Made by a program: the position numbers and the translations under genes. A stretch of DNA of 63,990 nt, filler included, from Conidiobolus incongruus B7586 (Eukaryota), in the NCBI GenBank assembly GCA_000697335.1. It is 8 parts of 8 records of this genome, joined end to end, with 100 filler letters (N's around TTAATTAATTAA, not from the genome) between each part and the next. Parts side by side here need not be neighbours in the genome. Positions count along the whole stretch, not along the records: positions 50,064 to 57,343 come from JNEM01006342.1; positions 57,444 to 62,876 come from JNEM01006348.1; positions 62,977 to 63,990 come from JNEM01006420.1; 5 more parts are not named here. One strand, given 5' to 3'. Shown piece after piece: positions 54,501 to 63,990 of this stretch (its first letter is position 1; each line of letters begins with the position of its first letter). Under the pieces are notes generated by a model. It did not search any database. It was given only the letters and a program-made list of their open reading frames with translations, and had not been told where the DNA came from.

Positions 54501-56459
54501 TAGTTTAAATTTAATTTATATTTTACCTTATAACTATAAGATAAAATAATAAATAAGGGAGAATAAGTTGAGTTTAACCTTATAAATGTTACTTTAAAAC
54601 TAATAATATTCTGGTTAAGAAAAATAAAACTAGTTTAATTGAAATACCTAGTCTATAAACAAGAACTTTTTATTTTAGTAGAAATAATCAAAAATCACTT
54701 ACATTTCTTATCCTACAATTTTTTTTAACACTTATAAATTATAAATCACTTATCTACTTAAATACTCAGAAACATTTATCAAGAAAATAAATTAGATAGA
54801 TTAAAATTATCTAAGCTTATTTTTTCTTTATTCAATATCTTTTAGGTTAATAAAATTATGTTGTAGATACTTTGTTAAGAAATTTTACATACCTACCCTT
54901 TTATTCTAATTACAAAAATCTAGCAAATATTAACTTAATAATTATTAATAAAGGAAATAAAAAATTTATTAAACTACTTTAAGAAACACTACTAAATAAT
55001 GATTTCTTTATTTTAGTTAAAGAAGAACTCTTTAAACTATTAGAAAACTAATTAAAATATATCAAAAGATTTAAAATTATCAATAACTTACTATATTATA
55101 ATAATTGTTTATATATTCTTAACATTCTTAAGATTTAACAAATAATATTTAATGAATGTTATAATTTACTTATTAGAGGATATTAAAACTAGTTAAAAAC
55201 TACTAAGAGAATTAAAACAAGGTACTATTAATTTTCCTTAGTTAAATTAGTTTAGAAATACACTAATACCTGTAATATATGCTAAAGAACTAAATATAAT
55301 ACTCAACTAAAATATAGTAAACTTATTCCCCTACAAGTCCCTAATGAAACTTAATAATAAATTTAACTTGATTTCATAGAAATTCCTAAATCAACAAATA
55401 GTTATAATAACTTACTAATTGCAATTGATTCATTTTCTAAATATGTTTATTTTATTCTTTATTTCAAAACTTCTATAGTTAAAGATGTTGCATAATTGTT
55501 ATTCTCTAATATCTTTACCTACTATAAAATTCCACAAATTATTATATCTGATAGAAATGTACAATTCAACTCTTGATTTTAAAAGTTACTATCTTCTTCC
55601 TTTAAAATTAACCTAGCTATGTTTATTACTAATCATTACTAAACTAATAAACTTATTAAAAGAATTATTAAAACCTTGAAGTAAATAATTAGAGCTTATA
55701 TTAACACTAATTAGTTAAATTAGGATACCTATATCTACCAACTCTAATATTTATTCAACACCTTTATTAATAAATCAACAGGTTTTAACCTTTATTTCAT
55801 TAATTATAACAAATATCTTAACTTAATAATTACTCTAAAACTTTAAATCAACTTACTTTTAAACATTGTTGAATTTTAATCTAATATCAAATATATTAAT
55901 TCCCTTGTTAAATTTAACTTAGAAGAAAATTAAAGGATTATAGAATAATAATACTCAAAGTTATCTAGAAACCCTTTTAAATATAAAATTAGTATGTTTG
56001 TATACTTAAAATAATCTACCCTTAAACTTATTTTACTTAAATCTAGCTTAAATCCTAAATACTTACTATTATATTATAGTCCCTATAAAATTTAATCTAT
56101 TAATTTAAATTTTAAAAATATTACCTTAGAATTACCTCTAACTTTGAAGATCAACCCTACCTTTCACATATCTAAAATTAAACCATACTTTAAAGATTTT
56201 AACACTTTTCCTAATTGATTAAAAACCTTAAAACTAGATCTAATTATTAATTAAGATAGAGAAGAAAAATACTATGTTGATTACATAATTAAATCTAAAT
56301 CTATTAGGAACAAGCTTTATTTTTATGTAAAATAGATAGGTTATCTTATTAAAGAAGCTACATAAGAACCCTTAGAAAATATTAAGAATACTTTAGCTTA
56401 TTATACCTATTTGTAAAAATTTAAAGAGTGTGTCTCTTTTAAAAAACCTACTAGGAGAG

Positions 56460-56859
56460 TATTAAGAGACTAGTTCTTTAAATTCTTTTATATACTTTCA
56501 TATAATCTAATTAACTATAAATTATATAATTTATTTATACTTATATAATTAAATTAATTGTATAAATAGCATTGAATTATTTAATAAACTAGGTTCCTTT
56601 TTTTTCCTCTCAATTCTTACTATTTTTTACTTTTACACTATTTCTAAAATTGAGACTATATTTTATCAATATTATAAGATATTAGCACTACCTAATATAA
56701 ATCTTAATATATCAGTGACTCATCCTAGTTTGAAGCTTAATTAAACTTTGTTTACACTTGCACACTACAGCCATATTATATTACCATATTCTGTGCCACA
56801 CTACTTTTATATTAAGTCTTCCTCTGTACTATATTGGTTTAATTACCACTACACTTACA
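56460..56859 (+). repeat. 3' LTR (400 bp)
   Basis: Starts TAT (TG mutated to TA), ends ACTTACA, followed by TSD AAATT. Confidence 0.93.
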
Positions 56860-57343
56860 AAATTTGTCAAAATGATTATTTTAGGTTAATATAATATTAT
56901 AATATTAATTTTAAAGAGAAATTATAAAAAAATAAAAAACTTATCAATTAATATATATTTTCATAAAAGTTTTGGTTTTTGGATAAATCATATTAAGTTT
57001 TACTTAGTTATAATTAATTCAATTATTCTTAACTTTAGATAAATTTTAAAATTATTATTTAATATTTTTAATAATTTATTTAAATTTTAATTCTAACTGA
57101 TATAATATAAAATAAGACCAAATGTTCAAATACTTTTATAAAAACTAATTAATATTAAAAATAGTTTATTATTATATTTTATATTTTGATCTATAATATT
57201 AAAATAATAATGAATTTAATTTATTAAATTTTAATTATTTCTAATTAATTTGTTTTTAAATATAAAATTATTTAACAAATATTAAAGAGATAATTTTAAA
57301 AAAATATATCCAATAAAAACTTTTTAACAAATTTTAAACTATT

Positions 57344-57443
57344 NNNNNNNNNNNNNNNNNNNNNNNNNNNNNNNNNNNNNNNNNNNNTTAATTAATTAAN
57401 NNNNNNNNNNNNNNNNNNNNNNNNNNNNNNNNNNNNNNNNNNN
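57344..57443. other. Artificial contig linker
   Basis: 44 N + TTAATTAATTAA + 44 N. Confidence 0.98.
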
Positions 57444-57685
57444 TTGCAGGAAAAAAAATTCCTGCAAACAAATTAAATTGGTTCGTGAAACATCAAATTT
57501 CAGTCCTTAATAAAAAGAACTGTTTTTTAGGTATTAGAAGCTTACCAAAGGTATGGAAAAGAGTTATTAATAATAAAGGAGGCTATTAATTTTATATTAT
57601 TCATTAATTTTTATATATTATTTATTAATTTATTTGTTTAATTTTAATTTTAAAATTGTGCCATTACTTAATTTCTACACTAATA
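57444..57685 (+). mobile_element. 3' end of a mariner-like DNA transposon
   Basis: C-terminal transposase motif GIRSLPKVWKRVINNKGGY*, then a TIR-like end (rc ATTAGTGTAGAAATTAAGTAATGGCACAATTTT) next to TA. Confidence 0.7.
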
Positions 57686-58312
57686 TTAACTTTATATAAT
57701 ATATTAATTAATTTTTTTTATATTCAAATTAAATAATAATCATCAAAGTTATTTTTATTCTATTTTTAATAAGGCTTAATTGAAAAGTTTTTTAAATTAT
57801 TAAAATTTACAAAAAATCTATAAAAATAATAATTTATATTTTTTAACTATTTAATATTAAATAGATTTTTTTAAAAATAAAAATAATTTTTTTCAAATTT
57901 ATTAAAATTTAGAGTATTAATTTCAACTTTTTTATATTAATTTTTAATACTATGATATATTTATTTAATATTAATTTTTTATTTAAATTAAAGAGTTAAT
58001 AATATTTATTTTAATAATATTAATTTATTTTAAATATCAAAATCTTTATTTCAATGATTAAGATTAAACTAAAGAATAAAAGCTTTATAATATAATTGAA
58101 GCATAAAAAAACTAAAATAATTATAATTAAATAAAATATATCAATATTTAATTAAGACAATATTTTTATAAAAAATTATAAAAATTAATAATCTTTTAAT
58201 CCTTTGTTATAATATGAAAATTTATATCACAAACTATAATTTATAATAAGATAATATATATAATGAACCTTATTAAATAATAATTAATTATTATATTTGA
58301 TTTTAATAAAAT

Positions 58313-58700
58313 TGTAAATATAATGGTAATAAACTAAAATAATATAAAGGAAAACTTAATATAAAATATTGTAATATAGAATATAATAATATAATATGGA
58401 AATAAAAAAAATTCTAATTAAGCTTTGGATATAAATAAATCACTAATATATTAGGATTTATATTAGATAGTGCCAATGTAATATAATATTGACAAAATAG
58501 AGTCTTAATCTTAGAAATAATATAAACGATAAGAAAATAATAAGAATTGAGAGGGAAAAAGAGGAACCTAATTTATTAAATAATTTAATTCTATTTATAT
58601 AATTAATTTAGATATAAAAATATAAATTAGTTATATAATTTATAATATATTGAATTATAAAGAAATATATATAATAATGTAGAAAACTAATCTTTTAATA
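58313..58700 (-). mobile_element. More degraded solo LTR of the same Ty3/Gypsy family
   Basis: Reverse-complement similarity to the LTR (TAATTAAGCTT, GATTTATATTAG, TAAGAATTGAGAGG, GGAACCTA); imperfect TSD AAAAT/CAAAT. Confidence 0.8.
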
Positions 58701-59544
58701 CAAATGATCTATTTTTATTTAATATTTAATTAGAAATAAGTTAATTTTATGTTTTATTCAATTTTTAAAATATATTTATAATAAATCAAATTCTTAATAT
58801 AATTTAAAAGCATTAATTGATATTTTAACAATTTCAAAAATGAAAAAGATAAATGAATTTTCTAGTTATAGGTTAATAAAAAAAGCTACTCTATCTAATA
58901 TATTTATTAGATTATAACTTATGAGATTATAATTACTTAAGCCAAATAAATAATAAGCTTATAATAAAATTTTTATAAAAATATTTAATTGATTTTAAAA
59001 ATATGAATTTTTAATCTTTAAAAAAAATTATTAAATATCAGAAATTTATAAGAATATAAAAAAATATTGATAACAAAAAATAACATTGATTTAATAATAT
59101 ATATCTATATATATAACATATTATAATGTTTATTTATATATATTTTTTAAAATTCTCATTATTAATAATACAATGTAATATATTAATTTGATCAATGTTT
59201 TTGAGAGTATTGGAATGAAATTAAAACAAAAGTTCACTCCCAATAAAAAGAATTCTGAATTAACATTCGAATTAAATTTGAAGAAAAATAATTATTGTGA
59301 TTATTTTATATTAATAAATCTTCTCAAAAATAACCCAGTTTGATAAAATTGAAGTGGAAATTAAATAATTGATCTTTTCTCAAGATCGAATTTCATCCAC
59401 CATATTATAATCTAATTTAGTAGAAAAAATAATCGAATTATTCCTTCCTAAGTATATGATCCATTGTAGAAAATTTATAGAGATATATAATGATTTGTGC
59501 TAGTTGTAGATGAAAAGGAATAATAAAAGATTTTATTGAAAGTT

Positions 59545-60006
59545 CTAACCACAAGTAGCATATTGGAATTTGACACACTCATCATCTTCAAAAATTAATA
59601 CCAAACGATCTGGGAGATACATTCTATCAATGAGCTCACAGGAAGTGTTGAATTCCTTCTTAACATCAGTCTCAAGCTTATTGCCAGCACTGAACTTGGT
59701 TCCATCACGGGTAGTTTGGTGCAATTTAAGAGTCCAGTATTTCTCATCACATTCAGCATCAGGTCTATTGTAACGTTGGTCTAGTGCTTTGTTTTTCTTA
59801 ACACCATCTGCAATACCAGGATATCTGGAAAGCAATTCTTGAGCACTTAAGTTCTTTAAATCTTCGGGCTTATTTGGAAGGGAAGGCTTATGGTTGGAAT
59901 CATCGGGGAATACGATTCTATCGTTGTTATTATTGTTTTGTGATCTGTTATTAGGGATGGCACCGATAGCAGACAATCCGACTAAAACCAAAAGACTGAA
60001 CTTCAT
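59545..60006 (-). CDS. Small secreted Cys-containing protein; C-terminus resembles peptidase inhibitor I78/I13
   Basis: Signal peptide MKFSLLVLVGLSAIGA; ends ..MYLPDRLVLIFEDD......ATCG, compare the I78 pattern T.DY.PDRLN...D.......CG. Confidence 0.75.
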   Translation of the reverse strand: MKFSLLVLVGLSAIGAIPNNRSQNNNNNDRIVFPDDSNHKPSLPNKPEDLKNLSAQELLSRYPGIADGVKKNKALDQRYNRPDAECDEKYWTLKLHQTTRDGTKFSAGNKLETDVKKEFNTSCELIDRMYLPDRLVLIFEDDECVKFQYATCG

Positions 60007-62553
60007 TATTACTTATAAAAATTATATTTACTTATGAGTATGGTAGATAGCTGGTAACTGACTATATATACCCTAATTTATTTCAAATTCAACTCAATAA
60101 TCGATATGCAGTGTAATCTAAATATCGTGGCCCCGAGACATTCTTTGGAATCATTTGTTTCGGTCTAATATCAAATCAATAGAAAATAATTGTCAAGTTA
60201 TTCAGGTTCCTGTTTCGCCATTTTCCTTAATAGTTTAATATTAAAGATTTTTATTAGATTATTTATAATTTTTTTCACGTTAAATTTTTTTGATCTTTAT
60301 CAAGTATTGTGGACAAAGTTTTATTGGAGTTTTTATCTTTAACCAAATAAGTGTTTAGGTCCGAAATCAATAACATAAAGTAAATTACCTAAATCTGATT
60401 CATTACACATATGTCGTCAATAAATTTAAATTATTAATATTCATTTAATAGTCAATCAATTACTATTCAAGATGATTGTAGAGAAAAATATATTTAATTA
60501 ATATATTCCTTGGTTATTATTCATTATTAGATTAATATCCCTTTTTCAATTAATAAGATATATAAAGAGATCAATAATCATGTAAAATTTCGACTAAACA
60601 TATATTACTGAAATATTGAAAAATACAGGCGAAATAGTTTGGTTTTGAAAAGATTAATGTCTTTAATTTAATTCTTATTTTAATTATTTGATGTACTACA
60701 TCGAAGCTTTATTTATCTCTTAAACAATAACTTATATATCTGATAGAATAATAGTATATTATATTGTATGAAAAATACAATAAATATTTTTAAACCAGAA
60801 ATTAGAATATTAGAATATTAGAATATTAGATATAATAATGAATTAATTATTAATGATTGACAAATTGTTTAATATTCACCTTAAAGGTTATAAATAATAT
60901 TTTATAATCTGAATAACTCTTTAATAATTACTAAATGTGCTGTAATTGAAATACATATTTTAACGCTTTTATTTATGATTTATATCATGTAAATCAGCTT
61001 TATAAATTGTTGCCATCTTGCATGTCTAGAATCTAATTTAGAAATTTTTACAATAATCCCATAAGATCTATCAATCAAACATTGTTCACAATATTTCTAA
61101 TCTGTAAATATTATAAGTATTAAACAATGCTATATTTTCAATTTCGAAGCTTAACAATAATAATCATAATATAGATATATGGCAAATAAATTCATATGTA
61201 TCCAATGAAAAATAGATTGAATTAATTATTAAAAATTCAATGAAATACTATTTTTTGTTCTCAAATAAGTACAATTGAAAAGGAAAATAGTAACCTCAGA
61301 GTTTCTATTTAATTTAATTAACATAGTAATATGAAAATTACTATATACCAAAACATTTGACAATAGTAATAATATAAAAATTTCGAACCGAAATTTAGAA
61401 TAACATTATTCAAATTAAGATGAACTATTGGACAATAAAATTTATATATTTGCGATTTTTATCAAATGTAATAAATTTATATGTTTTAATACTCAATGCA
61501 GTTCAATAATAATCAAAATCCAAAATTTGATAAAATATTATTGTGAAGAATAATCATTGGAAATTTTTTAAATTGAAATACCCATTAATTTTTTTATTTA
61601 AATATATAATATAAAAATCATTGATAGGAAATAATTGTGATATATGTATTATTTATAAATTACCATATAGTGTTCTCATATGAAACTACAATCTATTATA
61701 TTATTCTACAAACACCGTTAATTATTAATATACAAAAACATTGTGGCTAGAGGGTATTGATTTTAAGTATAATATTTCAAATTTATATTCAATTCTCGTA
61801 ATTATTAGTCAATTAAGAAAAAATGCAAAATTCAAGGCATGACTGACGAATATAAGATTAAAGAAAAAAAATTAAAATGTGAATATTGTTTCAGGTTGAT
61901 CAACTGTGCATAAAATATAGTTCTTGAAATTTTGCTTTATTATATATAATAAGTACATATTTAATAAGATAAAGAGATTTATAAAATACTATAATATTAT
62001 TTTCTATATTTCAATCATGAAGTTAATTGATTGTTAGAATTAATTTCTTCGTACATTTATGAAATTTCATCAAAGTAAATTTTACAAGAATTTTGGATTT
62101 TTTTCCTAAAAATTAGTATATTTTAATTTATGGTTGATATATATTTGAATAGCATATTATTCATATATTCACTAAAATTTTTGAATATAAGATTTATTGA
62201 CAAAATTCAGATAATGAACTAATCAAAGTAAGGATAATATTAATCAGTTATTGCTAAAATAAACTATGAAATTCATTTATATATTTGAAATTATTATCAC
62301 TGTGATTAATCATTAATGATAGATATTATATCATAAATAACCCAGTTTGATAAAATTGAAGCGGAAAATAAATAATTGATCCTTTTCTCAAGATCGAATT
62401 TCATCCCCCATATTATATATCCAATTTAATAGAAAAAATAATCGAATTATTCCTTCCTAAGTATATGATCCATTGTAGAAAATTTATAGAGATATATAAT
62501 GATTTGTGTTAGTTGTAGATGAAAAGGAATAATAAAAGATTTTATTGAAAGTT

Positions 62554-62876
62554 CTAACCACAAGTAGCATATTGGAATTTGACACACTCATCATCTTCAA
62601 AAATTAATACCAAACGATCTGGGAGATACATTCTATCAATGAGCTCACAGGAAGTGTTGAATTCCTTCTTAACATCAGTCTCAAGCTTATTGCCAGCACT
62701 GAACTTGGTTCCATCACGGGTAGTTTGGTGCAATTTAAGAGTCCAGTATTTCTCATCACATTCAGCATCAGGTCTATTGTAACGTTGGTCTAGTGCTTTG
62801 TTTTTCTTAACACCATCTGCAATACCAGGATATCTGGAAAGCAATTCTTGAGCACTTAAGTTCTTTAAATCTTCGG
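62554..62876 (-). CDS. Second copy of the small secreted protein, 5' end lost in the gap
   Basis: Coding part appears identical to 59545-59867; about 215 nt of 3' flank also duplicated with a few differences. Confidence 0.75.
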
Positions 62877-62976
62877 NNNNNNNNNNNNNNNNNNNNNNNN
62901 NNNNNNNNNNNNNNNNNNNNTTAATTAATTAANNNNNNNNNNNNNNNNNNNNNNNNNNNNNNNNNNNNNNNNNNNN
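62877..62976. other. Artificial contig linker
   Basis: 44 N + TTAATTAATTAA + 44 N. Confidence 0.98.
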
Positions 62977-63645
62977 TGTTGTCTTCAGGTGTAGGGTATC
63001 TTTGTAAAGTTAATGGGGGAATTAATGCTGAGATGTACCAAAGTATTCTAAACAATGAATTGAAAAAAACCATTGAATGGTATGGGTTAAACAAATCTGA
63101 TGTTATTTTCCAGCAAGATAATGCCTCTTGCTATACTACAGCTTCTACTACCAAATGGCTTAAAAATAACAAGATAACAGTTATGAAGTGGCCTCTTTAA
63201 TTTCCTAACCTTAATCTAATTAAACACCTTTGGGATTAGTTAAAAAAAGCTATTAAAGCTTTCCCCCCAGCAAAAAATTTAGATCAAATTTAGGAATATA
63301 TTCAAGAAGCATAGAACAAGATTAACCCTTCTTAGTGTAAGAAGTTAGTTGATTCTATACCCCACAGACTTAAAGAAGTTAGAAAAGCTAAAGGTAGATA
63401 TACTAGGTTTTAATTTTTTTTTATCACCAAAAACCCACAAATTTATAACTCACCTTAGGTAAAATTTAAGGGTTTATATTTTAGCCAATTAATAGCTAAA
63501 TATCATCATTTAATGATATATATAACTAATAAATATAATAGATTTTAATTATTTAATTTAGGTTTATTTGATTAAATATTAATCAAGTTATTAGTAAAAA
63601 TAGAGGTGTTTTTGATTTTATGACTCATTTTTGTGGGTTAGTGTA
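62977..63645 (+). mobile_element. 3' half of an inactivated Tc1-like (DD34E) DNA transposon
   Basis: GVG.L.KV.G.INAE.Y..IL, FQQDNASCYT, KWPL*FPNLNLIKHLWD*LK (consensus WP.QSPDLNPIEHLW), LVDSIP.RL.EV.KAKG..T.F* ending ~63413; terminal ...GGGTTAGTG|TA. Confidence 0.9.
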
Positions 63646-63990
63646 TATTTATAATTATATTTTAAACTCTAAATATATTAAAGATAATAATTTATTATTA
63701 AACTTATATTATATTAAAAATAAACTATTTAAATCAATTTAATTCATTTAATTAAATATTAAAAATAGATATTATAATATTAAAGTTAAAGAAAATTTTA
63801 TTTTTTTGATTATTTTTAAGATTTTTTTAAATTATTATAAATTTACTATTATAAACTATAGACTATATAATATCTTTATAACTTTGGTTTAATTTATAAA
63901 TTCTCTTTTTAATCTTATTTTTATTAATTTTATTATTACTTATTTTAATAATATCTTGATTTATTTAAAAACTAAAGATAAATATACTAA

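Larger units (their letters stand above)
51148..56859 (+). mobile_element. Full-length inactivated Ty3/Gypsy chromovirus LTR retrotransposon
   Basis: LTRs 51148-51547 and 56460-56859; TSD AAATT; PBS TGGTAGC at 51548; purine tract before the 3' LTR. Decayed protease (LINSSC), RT (FVKKADGG*RL, FTKLDVKS.YYNI, YLNDILIY), RNase H (Y.VYKQEL), integrase (DFI..P, IDSFSKY, IISDRN.QF) and chromodomain (YVK*IGY...EAT*EP.EN) in Gypsy order. Confidence 0.95.

Noticed and set aside
45251..60006. POP plus small secreted protein as an MSDIN/RiPP-type cluster
   Set aside because: Different contigs; no MSDIN-like or repeated-core precursor seen
60800..60832. Short (AGAATATT)n tandem and the (TA)n run at 21471-21491
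   Set aside because: Ordinary microsatellites; no spacers, not CRISPR or telomeric
11740..62976. Seven identical N-TTAATTAATTAA-N units looking like a regular repeat system
   Set aside because: Fixed 44N+12+44N six-frame-stop assembly linkers; not biological, and gene order across them is unreliable

Overview
Very AT-rich eukaryotic DNA from a fungus, probably an early-diverging (non-Dikarya) lineage. This placement is inferred from gene content, short GT-AG introns and base composition, and is not proven. The window is eight contigs joined by seven artificial 100-nt linkers (44N-TTAATTAATTAA-44N), so adjacency across linkers is unverified. It holds about 17 protein-coding loci: a p24 cargo receptor, MsrA, URA4, SHO1, ThiD, HOM2, PUS4, RNase T2, TMA16, Mis18, CWC23, a chitin-synthase-like protein, a secreted prolyl oligopeptidase, two copies of a secreted I78-like inhibitor, and two poorly characterised proteins. 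It also holds tRNA-Ser(TGA), a UDP-glycosyltransferase pseudogene and many transposon relics. The main signal is a full-length 5.7-kb Ty3/Gypsy chromovirus (400-bp LTRs, AAATT TSD) and a Tc1 transposase that are riddled almost only with C>T/G>A changes in CpA, CpT and CpG contexts. Neighbouring genes, a recent gene duplicate and a LINE fragment look unaffected. This points to a RIP-like or methylation-driven repeat hypermutation process. The second notable item is an intact chitin synthase homologue that has lost its QRRRW and EDR motifs (candidate pseudoenzyme).
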